From Trichodesmium erythraeum IMS101 (GTDB taxonomy: Bacteria > Cyanobacteriota > Cyanobacteriia > Cyanobacteriales > Microcoleaceae), in NCBI RefSeq assembly GCF_000014265.1, contig NC_008312.1, positions 2,790,001 to 2,822,000 on the forward strand: DNA of 32,000 nt, given 5' to 3'. Both the position numbers and the translations under genes were made by a program. Positions 1 to 8,462 of the stretch are shown piece after piece (within the stretch, counting starts at the first letter, position 1; every line of letters begins with the position of its first letter). The notes under the pieces were generated by a model. It ran no database searches and had not been told where the DNA came from. It saw nothing but the letters and a program-made list of their open reading frames with translations.

Positions 1-821
1 ACAACATTCAAATTCCCTAACTCAGAGATAAATTCTTGACTTAGGAATTTGCTGTAGTTGCTATCTGAGTTATAAAACACTACTAGTTTTAATGAATTTA
101 ACTGACCTTGAGCATATTTGGCTAAAGCATTTGTCGCAGCTTGATCACTAGGTACAGTAAGAAAAAAATAAGAGGTGTTATCTATCAGATCAACAGAGGT
201 AATAATAGGAGAAATAGATACAAGCTGATAATTTTGATAACTCTTAGCTGTTGGCAGGGAAGTATCACTTGAGTAATGTTCAACCACTCCTAGTATTTCC
301 TTTGTCTTTGCTAACTCTGTGGCAACTTCTTCTGCAATTTGTGTACTGTTATTAGGATCATCATCATCATCAACAATTGTTACCTTCAGCATTCTGCTAT
401 CAACTAACCTAGAGTTGTTCCCATGAAACTGAGCATGGGGAACTCCATGCAAAACTTCTAGAGAACCATTCAAATTACTACTAATTTGCATAGATACAGC
501 TATGGTATAGTAGGGATATTCGACTTTTAGATTATTGATAAAAATTCGTGCTTCTGGATGATTAGGTTTTGATTTCAAGTAATTAGTGAAAATTTTAATT
601 GCATTATCATAATTGCCGTCGGCAACTGAACGAACTGTTTTTTCTCTTTGAAGTTTAAAGCTTTTTTGGGCAAATGCTAATGATTTTTCTCCAAATGTAA
701 TATTATCTGAAACAGTGCTAACTTCAGGTTGAAAAGGATTAAAAACACATAAAATTATAACAAAGAGTATGAAACTAAGGAGTATCAGTCTTAGCAGTTT
801 AATGTTTAATATTTGGCTCAT
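1..821 (-). CDS. ABC-type substrate-binding protein, type-1 periplasmic binding fold (LivJ-like), N-terminal part; 3' end lies beyond the left edge
   Basis: Absent from the supplied ORF track because it runs off the window. Read on the reverse strand from ATG (821-819), the frame is open to position 1 (273 codons + 2 nt). It starts with a hydrophobic anchor or signal, MSQILNIKLLRLILLSFILFVIILCVF, followed by a TPR-like DGNYDNAIKIFTNYLKSKPNHPEARIFINN. Then come KVTIVDDDDDPNNSTQIAEEVATELAKTKEILGVVEHYSSDTSLPTAKSYQNYQLVSISPIITS, YFFLTVPSDQAATNALAKYAQGQLNSLKLVVFYNSDSNYSKFLSQEFISELGNLNV. This matches the conserved layout of Leu/Ile/Val-type binding proteins. Hand translation; family call from motif recollection. 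Confidence 0.6.
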   Translation of the reverse strand, partial: MSQILNIKLLRLILLSFILFVIILCVFNPFQPEVSTVSDNITFGEKSLAFAQKSFKLQREKTVRSVADGNYDNAIKIFTNYLKSKPNHPEARIFINNLKVEYPYYTIAVSMQISSNLNGSLEVLHGVPHAQFHGNNSRLVDSRMLKVTIVDDDDDPNNSTQIAEEVATELAKTKEILGVVEHYSSDTSLPTAKSYQNYQLVSISPIITSVDLIDNTSYFFLTVPSDQAATNALAKYAQGQLNSLKLVVFYNSDSNYSKFLSQEFISELGNLNV

Positions 822-1048
822 ATAAATAGAAATAAGAAAAATTCCCTTCAAATCAACTAACATTAGTTATTAGGGAGATTAGCATATTTTTTTTCACTTC
901 TCTTCTACTCCCACATTCCCCTTCCTAACGAGGGGTTGAAAGACTTTTTAAACTTTTTTTAGAGAGTAATTGATTTTGATAGCTTGAGTTTGAATTAAGT
1001 CAAAATTTTCACCGTCAGTGTTAAGGTGTCCTTTTAGAGCATCCATTG

Positions 1049-1463
1049 TCAACAAATGCTCCTGAGCCCAGAGGTGGCCATTGTTATCCTGAATAGATTC
1101 CCGGTTTCCATATTACAGGTATCACAAACCGTCGGCAAGCCCGAACATCGTCTTGAAAAGCTTCCAGGGTCTCCATTTATATAAATTACTTAAAGTTGTT
1201 TTGTGTAGGGAAATCTGCCGTTCGATCTTTCTTTGTGTCCAAGTTTGATTAATTTGCTGTCAACCTCGGCCAGAAAATTGCTCTGCTTCTAAAACTTCGG
1301 TTAATAGTTTAATGGCTTCATTTTTTGTTAATCTATTCTTAAAATAAATCTCTTTTGCTAAGTTATGTGCTTCAAGAAATTGTTGTACTAAATAACATTG
1401 CTTTCCCTCTTCAAAATATTCAAAAAATGTAGGTATTTGATTATGTTGTCTCAGATTTTTTTT
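1049..1463 (-). pseudogene. Decayed Ser/Thr protein kinase remnant (catalytic subdomains IV-IX, broken by stops and frameshifts)
   Basis: Reverse-strand frame 1463-1260 reads KKNLRQHNQIPTFFEYFEEGKQCYLVQQFLEAHNLAKEIYFKNRLTKNEAIKLLTEVLEAEQFSGRG*. This resembles the cyanobacterial Hanks-kinase segment (H.QIP.LLAYFEE...YLVQEFIEG..L). Further downstream, in other frames, are DSKLIKLGHKE (possibly the DFG region) and GDPGSFSRRCSGLPTV (G-T-P-G-Y...PE-like region). No start codon and no continuous frame. Confidence 0.4.
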
Positions 1464-1483
1464 TCATGTTTAACAATCTTTAT

Positions 1484-1630
1484 TTATGACAAGCTTTTAG
1501 CGACTAGAAAAATTTGTGTTCGGGGATCTGATGAAGGTATTTGTTTGACAATACATTGAGGGTCATTAGGGTGGTCTAAATTAATTGCTAGGTAAGTAGT
1601 TATAAAGTTACCTTTTCCTAACTCAGACTC
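1484..1630 (-). pseudogene. 3'-terminal fragment of a paralog of the substrate-binding protein gene (fragment A)
   Basis: Reverse-strand frame reads ESELGKGNFITTYLAINLDHPNDPQCIVKQIPSSDPRTQIFLVAKSLS*. It begins with the same SELG motif at which the intact gene (1-821) leaves the window (FISELGNLNV). It is bounded upstream by an in-frame TAG and has no start codon. Confidence 0.4.
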
Positions 1631-1660
1631 CTAAATCAGATATAATTTTACAATGATTGA

Positions 1661-1852
1661 TAAGTATTTTGTTAATCATTATTTTTCTGATGAAGTTAAA
1701 TCAATTTTTATAACTCAGGAGCCATAAAATTAAGTTACAGTAGTTTAATGTTTTTATAAGTATTTTGTTAATTATTGTTTTTCTGGTGAAGTTAAATCAA
1801 TTTTTATAACTCAGGAGTCATAAAATTAAGTTATAGTAGTTTAATATTTTAG
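1661..1852. repeat. 96-bp tandem direct repeat, 2 copies (1661-1756, 1757-1852), plus a partial third copy near 2333-2360
   Basis: Copy 1 is taagtattttgttaatcattatttttctgatgaagttaaatcaatttttataactcaggagccataaaattaagttacagtagtttaatg. Copy 2 is taagtattttgttaattattgtttttctggtgaagttaaatcaatttttataactcaggagtcataaaattaagttatagtagtttaata. By eye there are about 7 mismatches. On the reverse strand each unit contains cctgagttataaaaattgat, which resembles tctgagttagggaatttgaat of the intact gene at 1-40. Confidence 0.8.
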
Positions 1853-2149
1853 TTTAAATATGTTGACTTTTGCGGGGGATTATTACTCTATCTACTGGGT
1901 AATATTTTTGACAAATTCTTTGTAAACTGGAATATAAGTTTTAGGTTTATGAAGTACAGCAAAAGTGATTTATCCAGTAGTTTTTGAACTGTTAAATAAA
2001 GGTTTCATTTTTGTTTTTCTGATGTACTTTAATTACTATTGTATGTTTACACTAGAAGCCGTATAATTTTTGAGTTGCGCGATCGCTTTTTAGATTAATG
2101 AGCCAAACCAAACTAATTTATAATTATAATATTGTGACTAAATCAATTA

Positions 2150-2322
2150 ATTTTCATTAAAAACAACTTGCTCAAATGGAGTTTTAGTAATTTGAAACAC
2201 TTGGGGTTGTGGAACTGAACAATTCAATTGTTTAACAAAATATTAAGATTATTAGGAGGCTCTAGAACCATAGCTAAATAAGTAGTTCTCAAACTACTAT
2301 TTCCTAGCTCAGAGATAACTTG
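2150..2322 (-). pseudogene. Second decayed 3' fragment of the substrate-binding protein paralog (fragment B)
   Basis: Reverse-strand 2322-2224 reads QVISELGNSSLRTTYLAMVLEPPNNLNILLNN*. It aligns with fragment A at SELG, TTYLA and PN. A shifted frame continues VPQPQVFQITKTPFEQVVFNEN*, comparable to IPSSDPRTQIFLVAK in fragment A. Confidence 0.35.
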
Positions 2323-2584
2323 ATAATTATGCCTAAGTATTTTGTTAGTCATTGTATTTTAAGAAAGTTAATTTTAATCTTTTACATCATTCACATCAAT
2401 TTGTATGAGCTAGATTTCGTTGATGTAACAATCACAGGGCAGGAATTTTGACAGTTAATGCCCATAAACGTGTTAGATGAATAAATCTTGATTGACTAAT
2501 AACTAATGACTAATAAATTATGACTTTTGACTGTTAGCTAATAAAAATCTCATGCCCTGGGAAGATTAGAGAAAATCAATAAGG

Positions 2585-2860
2585 GGAATAAGTTAATAAG
2601 CTTTCCCTAAAATTAGCAAAATTCTTTAAAACTCCCAGATACAAGATTTGTAATAAATAGTTTTAGGAAGTAGACAATGACAAGGTCTACAAAATCTCCC
2701 ACTTCTCTGGAAACGTGGCAGTGGAATAAGTTAATAAACTTTACTTAAAGTTAGCAAAATTCCTGAAAATTCCCAGATACTAAATTTGTAATAAATAGTT
2801 TTAGGAAGTAGACAATGACAAAATCTACAAAATCTCCCACCTCTCCCGAAACCTGGCAAA
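2585..2860 (+). repeat. 138-bp tandem duplication of the aas 5' region (leader, RBS, ATG and first ~16 codons)
   Basis: Copy 1 spans 2585-2722 and copy 2 spans 2723-2860, about 89% identical by eye. Both contain taataaatagttttaggaagtagacaATGaca. The copy-1 ATG (2677) opens a 23-codon ORF, MTRSTKSPTSLETWQWNKLINFT*, ending at 2748. The copy-2 ATG (2815) opens the full-length gene (MTKSTKSPTSPETWQM...). Confidence 0.9.
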
Positions 2861-4788
2861 TGAGCGATCGCGAACGTGCGAATCTTAAAAAAGTCACCCT
2901 CTACGACTCTATTCAATCTCTCTCAGAAATATGGCCCAGAGTAGCCCAATACTTTGGCCCGATCACAGCCCTTCATGACCCTCACGCTCAACCAGAAGTA
3001 AAACTTACCTACAAAGAACTCAATGAACAGATTCAAAAGTTTGCTGCTGGTTTACAAGCATTGGAGGTTGTGTCAAAGGAAAATGGAACATCTCTGCCCA
3101 CAAGAGTGGCCTTATTTGCTGATAATAGTCCCCGATGGATGATTGCTGACCAAGGTATTATTACGGCAGGTGGAGCAGATGTAGTTAGAAGTGGGACTAC
3201 AGATATAGAAGAATTAATTTACATTCTTAAAGATAGTGGAAGCATTAGTTTAGTCTTAGAAAATTTGGCCTTGTTGGAGAGATTGAGCGATCGCCTGCAA
3301 GATCTACCCATACATCTAATTATTCTCCTATCTGAGGAAGACGCAAACTCTTACAAAAGTCTACCCGTGGTCAAATTTTCCCAAGTCATTGCCAAAGGAG
3401 AAGAACGTCCCCTCCAACCAACTAACCAAAATCTTGAAACTCTAGCAACCTTAATCTATACCTCCGGAACTACAGGTAAACCCAAGGGAGTAATGGTAAC
3501 CCACGGCAACTTACTTTATCAAATAAACTTCCTGGGTACAGTCGTTCAACCCTCTCCAGGAGAATTTACCCTAAGTATTCTGCCAACTTGGCATAGTTTT
3601 GGACGTACAGCGGAATATCTTTTCCTCTCCCAAGGTTGTACCCAGATTTACACTAATAAACGTTACCTAAAAAAAGATCTTCAAGAACATAAGCCTCACT
3701 ACCTTATGAGTGTGCCGAGAATTTGGGAACTAATTTATGAGGGAGTACAAAGGCAACTGCGGGAACAACCGGCCAATAAACAAAAGTTAGCCAGATTTTT
3801 TCTTGATATTAGTGAACGTTATATTCAAGCTTGCAGAGTTACTCAAGAATTAGTTTTGGAACTCAACTCACCCTCTGAGCTCGAAAAACTAATGGCGACT
3901 TGGCAAAGTTGGCTCTTATGGCCTATTCACGCTTTGGGAACAAAAATTGTTTACCAGAAAATACGGCAAGCTACTGGTGGTCGCTTAAAATTTGCAGTGA
4001 GTGGGGGCGGTTCCCTAGGGATGCACTTAGAAAATTTTTTTGAAATAATTGGTATTGATCTATTAGTAGGATATGGTCTGACTGAAACCTCTCCGGTTTT
4101 GACAGTTAGACACTATTGGGAAAATCTGCGGGGGTCTTCTGGAAGACCTCTTCCTGGAACTGAAATTAAAATAGTTAATCCAGAAACTTACGAAACCTTA
4201 GGTTTTGGAGAGAAAGGATTAGTTTTAGCGCGAGGGCCACAAATTATGGTGGGTTATTATCAAAATCCTGAAGCGACTAAGAAAGCTATTGACTCAGAGG
4301 GTTGGTTGAATACTGGTGATATTGGCTGGATAAATCCTAGGAATGATTTGATATTAACAGGGCGCGCAAAAGATACAATTGTTTTGACCAATGGGGAAAA
4401 TATTGAACCTCAACCTATTGAAAATGCTTGTACCCGTAGTCAATATATAGACCAAATTATGTTGGTAGGGCAAGACCAGAAATATTTAGGTGCCTTGATC
4501 GTGCCTAATTTTGAGGCGGTGGAGTTATGGGCTACTCAAAGTCAACTTTCAGAGTCTCAACCAAAAATTGACTGGAAAAGTCAGGCACTTCAAGAGTTGT
4601 TCCGTCAAGAATTGAATCAAGAAGTAAAAAACCGTCCCGGATATCGGCCTGACGACCGTATTGGCCCATTTCGCTTGATTTTGGATCCTTTTACCATAGA
4701 AAATGGCATGATGACCCAAACTATGAAGATTAAGCGTCCCGTTGTCACTGATCATTACCGCGATCTGATTAACGAAATGTTTAATTAA
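2815..4788 (+). CDS. aas: Long-chain fatty acid--[ACP]/CoA ligase (AMP-dependent synthetase/ligase, Aas-like)
   Basis: 657-aa ORF with adenylate-forming motifs: LIYTSGTTGKPKGVMVTHGNL, GYGLTETSP, WLNTGDIG, LTGRAKDTIVLTNGENIEP and a C-terminal MKIKR. Size and layout match cyanobacterial acyl-ACP synthetases. An AGGAAG lies 8 nt upstream of the ATG. Confidence 0.85.
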   Translation: MTKSTKSPTSPETWQMSDRERANLKKVTLYDSIQSLSEIWPRVAQYFGPITALHDPHAQPEVKLTYKELNEQIQKFAAGLQALEVVSKENGTSLPTRVALFADNSPRWMIADQGIITAGGADVVRSGTTDIEELIYILKDSGSISLVLENLALLERLSDRLQDLPIHLIILLSEEDANSYKSLPVVKFSQVIAKGEERPLQPTNQNLETLATLIYTSGTTGKPKGVMVTHGNLLYQINFLGTVVQPSPGEFTLSILPTWHSFGRTAEYLFLSQGCTQIYTNKRYLKKDLQEHKPHYLMSVPRIWELIYEGVQRQLREQPANKQKLARFFLDISERYIQACRVTQELVLELNSPSELEKLMATWQSWLLWPIHALGTKIVYQKIRQATGGRLKFAVSGGGSLGMHLENFFEIIGIDLLVGYGLTETSPVLTVRHYWENLRGSSGRPLPGTEIKIVNPETYETLGFGEKGLVLARGPQIMVGYYQNPEATKKAIDSEGWLNTGDIGWINPRNDLILTGRAKDTIVLTNGENIEPQPIENACTRSQYIDQIMLVGQDQKYLGALIVPNFEAVELWATQSQLSESQPKIDWKSQALQELFRQELNQEVKNRPGYRPDDRIGPFRLILDPFTIENGMMTQTMKIKRPVVTDHYRDLINEMFN

Positions 4789-4803
4789 TGACTGTTGGTA
4801 ACT

Positions 4804-4846
4804 TTTGATTTTAGATAATTTAGAGGAAATCTAAAATCAAACTTTT
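4804..4846 (+). terminator. Intrinsic-terminator-like hairpin downstream of aas
   Basis: 13-bp perfect stem, tttgattttagat (4804-4816) pairing with atctaaaatcaaa (4829-4841). The loop is 12 nt and is followed by cTTTT. The stem is AT-rich, so stability is modest. Confidence 0.45.
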
Positions 4847-4890
4847 AACCCATATTTGTCAACACAAAACAAACTAACAAGAAAAAATTT

Positions 4891-5340
4891 ATGGATTATT
4901 CTCAAACACAATTACTTCTCAAGCGAGCGATTAATGTTAAAGTAGTTGTTACACCACGTTGGAAAGAGGAAGCTCAACAACAATTGCAAGCTCAAATTAA
5001 TAATTTAGATAGCCAATTACAACAGCTAGAAATGCAAGGGCAAAAGGCAATTTCTGATATTCAAAAGCAGAGCATACAACCTCCTAGTACGCAAGTACAA
5101 CAGCAAATCGAAAACATTCAATTGCAGATAAACAAAAATAAAAATGATCTTTTAGAGCAGAAAAACCAGGCTCTACAACAATTACAACAAGTACAAACAT
5201 TAGAATTAGAACAAGAAGTTAATCAGGGTCAAATTGAAAGCGTATTTACTGCTGATATTGGAGATAATTTAATCAAAAAAATGCAAGTAGAAATTCTGCT
5301 AAGAGATGGGGTAATTGAGGAAGTCCGTGGTGATGTTTAA
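4891..5340 (+). CDS. Gln-rich coiled-coil protein, YlqD-like family
   Basis: 149-aa ORF: LLLKRAINVKVVVTPRWKEEAQQQLQAQINNLDSQLQQLEMQGQKAISDIQKQ...GDNLIKKMQVEILLRDGVIEEVRG. From memory this matches proteins annotated as YlqD family in cyanobacteria. No stops occur in an AT-rich context. Confidence 0.6.
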   Translation: MDYSQTQLLLKRAINVKVVVTPRWKEEAQQQLQAQINNLDSQLQQLEMQGQKAISDIQKQSIQPPSTQVQQQIENIQLQINKNKNDLLEQKNQALQQLQQVQTLELEQEVNQGQIESVFTADIGDNLIKKMQVEILLRDGVIEEVRGDV

Positions 5341-5467
5341 AGAGAAAAAAGAAGGAAGAAAATGAATTTTTTACGGGGATTTAGGGATAATTAGGAAAAA
5401 GTAAAAATTGTATCCAATAAATAAAAAATATTGGATACTGGTGCTATATTTCAGATAGAAATTCTAT

Positions 5468-5567
5468 AGGACTAGCTTAAATATATGGGAGTAAGCTTAA
5501 CTAATTATCAGCTTTTTAGGACTAGCTTAAATATATGGGAGTAAGCTTAACTAATTATCAGCTTTTT
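5468..5567. repeat. Perfect 50-bp tandem duplication (2 copies)
   Basis: aggactagcttaaatatatgggagtaagcttaactaattatcagcttttt occurs at 5468-5517 and again, identical, at 5518-5567. Each unit has short inverted repeats (agctta/taagct, aagct/agctt) and ends in a T-run. Confidence 0.9.
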
Positions 5568-5957
5568 TTTGGTGCAATTCTCCGCCAACAGCATTTCGCT
5601 ATGGGCTAAAAATTCAAGGCTGGGAAATTTCCTATAGTACATCTTGAGAAGCTGATTGCTCATAACTCAATGGTTATAACTACTCAAAGACTCTCAACAA
5701 ATATAAAATTTGGTAGTCTTTAAAAACTTGGCGGATATAACATTAAATCTCCGGGTATACAAAGTAGGATTATGCCATCACCCCCCATATTTAATAAAGG
5801 CTATAATTTGAAAAAATACTCTTTCATAATTGTGATATTTGGAAAAATATCCCCCACTAAATTAATAAATTCTGACTCCCGACTTCTGAACTCTTTTTTC
5901 AAAAATTCTTTCTCAACAAGTCATCAACAAAAAAACTATAAATTATAGAGAACTAAC

Positions 5958-7253
5958 ATGATCAAAGAAATATTTATGCCTGCCCTTAGTTCTACCATGA
6001 CCGAGGGTAAAATTGTTTCTTGGCAAAAAACTTCCGGTGATTGGGTAGAAAAGGGCGAAACAGTTGTGGTGGTTGAATCAGACAAAGCAGATATGGATGT
6101 GGAATCCTTCTTTTCTGGATATTTGGCCACAATTATTGTGGAAGCAGGAGATGTCGCTCCAGTTGGATCTACTATTGGTTTGTTAGCTGAAACAGAGGCA
6201 GAAATTGAGCAGGCAAAGCAACAAGGTGTGACTACTCTAAACAAAGAACCTGCTAATACTTCTAGCTCCACAACTCCTGTGGCCACAGCTCCTATTTCTA
6301 CAGCCACAGAAAACCAAGAAAATTCTAGTCGTCGTAATGGACGAATTATTGCTTCCCCTCGTGCCCGGAAGTTGGCCAAAGATTTGAAGGTCGATTTGAG
6401 TACCCTCAAAGGTAATGGTCCTCATGGTCGTATTGTGGCAGAGGATGTGGAAATGGCGGCGGGTCGTATACCTGCTGTGGTAGCTGCATCAGCAAAGAGT
6501 ACTATTCCTACTACTCCAACTCAAGTATCTATTCCTGCTCCACCACCACCACCATCTGTAGTGTCTGCTCCAGTAACTCCTGGTCAAGTTGTGCCAATGA
6601 ATAGTCTGCAAAATGCAGTGGTGCGGAATATGAATGTAAGTTTATCTGTACCGACTTTCCATGTTGGTTATACTATAACTACAGATAATTTGGATAGGTT
6701 GTACAAACAAATTAAGTCTAAGGGTGTGACTATGACTGCTATTTTGGCAAAAGCAGTGGCAATAACCTTACAAAAACATCCTTTGTTGAATGCTGTTTAT
6801 GTGGATCAGGGTATTCAGTATCCCTCTGGGATTAATATTGCAGTGGCAGTAGCAATGCCAGATGGTGGTTTGATTACACCAGTATTGCCAAATGCTGACA
6901 AAATGGATATTTATTCTTTGTCTCGTACTTGGAAAGGTTTGGTAGATAGGGCGCGGGCAAAACAATTACAAGCAAATGAATACAGCACTGGTACCTTTAC
7001 TATTTCTAATTTGGGAATGTTTGGGGTAAATAGGTTTGATGCTATTTTACCACCTGCTCAAGGTTCGATTTTGGCGATCGGCGCATCTCAACCCCAGGTA
7101 GTGGCCACTGATGATGGGATGATTGGGGTTAAGCGACAAATGGAGGTGAATATTACTTGTGACCATCGGATTATTTATGGTGCTGATGCTGCTGCTTTCT
7201 TGCAAGATTTGGCGAATTTGATTGAAAATAATTCACAGTCTTTGACTATGTAG
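5958..7253 (+). CDS. pdhC: Pyruvate dehydrogenase complex E2, dihydrolipoamide acetyltransferase
   Basis: 431 aa. Lipoyl domain: MIKEIFMPALSSTMTEGKIVSW...VVVESDKADMDVE. E3-binding domain: IASPRARKLAKDLKVDLSTLKGNGPHGRIVAEDV, followed by an Ala/Pro-rich linker. The catalytic domain ends ITCDHRIIYGADAAAFL. Confidence 0.92.
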   Translation: MIKEIFMPALSSTMTEGKIVSWQKTSGDWVEKGETVVVVESDKADMDVESFFSGYLATIIVEAGDVAPVGSTIGLLAETEAEIEQAKQQGVTTLNKEPANTSSSTTPVATAPISTATENQENSSRRNGRIIASPRARKLAKDLKVDLSTLKGNGPHGRIVAEDVEMAAGRIPAVVAASAKSTIPTTPTQVSIPAPPPPPSVVSAPVTPGQVVPMNSLQNAVVRNMNVSLSVPTFHVGYTITTDNLDRLYKQIKSKGVTMTAILAKAVAITLQKHPLLNAVYVDQGIQYPSGINIAVAVAMPDGGLITPVLPNADKMDIYSLSRTWKGLVDRARAKQLQANEYSTGTFTISNLGMFGVNRFDAILPPAQGSILAIGASQPQVVATDDGMIGVKRQMEVNITCDHRIIYGADAAAFLQDLANLIENNSQSLTM

Positions 7254-7944
7254 TTCAGTAGTAGGGTAGCTATCAGTTTTTAGTCACTATTGGTAGCGTT
7301 ATAGGGTTTGTAGTTTGAAATTCAAAAGCTACTAATCATATTACAACCCAATGCGCTGCCTTTAGTTAAGGGTGCTGGCGCCCTTGACACTATAAGTAAC
7401 GGAATTTGGTGTATATCAAGCTAACCACCAATATTGCTAATTAACTTCTCTCAGTGCCGATCACCAAGGCGACATATTTAGTAAGAGCTAAACTAAAATT
7501 TTCTTCTCAACATTGGAAGATACCTCTAATATAGACAACTTTCTACTGTGGGTTATTAACAAACGTTAGCACTCATAGTATTGGCAATTTTATAAGAGCA
7601 AGACAAGAACAAAAATGTATGAGTTTGTATTCTTTTTGTTCCTACTTCCTTGTCTACTTCCTCTCCCCTCCTCCCCTAGTTATCTTGTCTTAACTTATTC
7701 AACTTACTGTTCTGGGGATAGAGTGATGGGGTGATCTGGAAAATTTTTCAAGCTTTTTCCTACCTCCTCTATTCCCAGTTCTTGATGACCACTCAAAAAT
7801 TTGCTCAGGGTTAACTATAGGAATTTAATAAGTTTGACCTTTTTAGATAAAATAGGATTTTCGCCTTATAACTTACACTTCAAAACCCAAAAACCAAGTT
7901 CAGTAATGATTTAAGCTTTGGGTGATTAAAAACACTAGGAATTT

Positions 7945-7975
7945 TTGCTCTGTTTAGGTTAGAGCAATTTTTTTT
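7945..7975 (+). terminator. Orphan Rho-independent terminator-like hairpin inside a 1.2-kb spacer
   Basis: Stem ttgctct (7945-7951) pairs with agagcaa (7961-7967), the loop is 9 nt, and a run of 8 T follows (7968-7975). The nearest upstream CDS ends at 7253, and no ORF of 60 aa or more lies between. Confidence 0.45.
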
Positions 7976-8462
7976 CCCTGTTTAGGAACAACTCTAATTA
8001 TACCAACTCTAATAATTTTTACCTACACATGATTAGACTATTTATTTATTAGGAGTCAGGAGTAAAATGAGAATAGCTTCAGTACCATTTTTCAGATGAG
8101 AAATTATTTTTTTGTGTGAAAGGAAATCTTCTGTAAAGTCTTTTAATCACACTTATATTATTTAAACATATTCTTTTTTATCCCTTGGTCTTAAATATTT
8201 ATTGTGATACTATTATAGTACGTCTAGTTTATTACAGAAGTTCAACCTGAAATAGACTTTAATGCTAGTACATTTGGGAAACTATATAATGTACTTTAGC
8301 TACCTTTAGTTTCTAGGAACTTTCAGCCTGTTCTTGAACATAAGTTGCTTAAAAATTAAGTCTAAAGACCTATTATTATTTTTCGTCCTCATGCCAAATT
8401 TTCTCGATCAGCCTAGTTTATGGGTAAGTCCTAATACTTTTTAATTTCAGGAAAAATCTACT

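Noticed and set aside
1484-2370. Partial promoterless copies next to an expressed gene might be silent cassettes for antigenic or phase variation
   Set aside because: The copies are short, riddled with stops and frameshifts, and drifting towards AT. The parent is a periplasmic binding protein rather than a surface antigen. Simple duplication followed by decay explains them.
2731-2916. 61-aa minus-strand ORF overlapping the aas start; also 4549-4755-, 14935-15276-, 20850-21059-, 30182-30445-, 30834-31064+ and 30863-31090-
   Set aside because: Each lies within or against a much longer, motif-supported CDS on the other strand or frame, with no supporting features.
5936-6965. Antisense ORFs within pdhC (5936-6409-, 6237-6425-, 6768-6965-)
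   Set aside because: They are shadow frames opposite a strongly supported E2 gene, with no motifs or independent signals.
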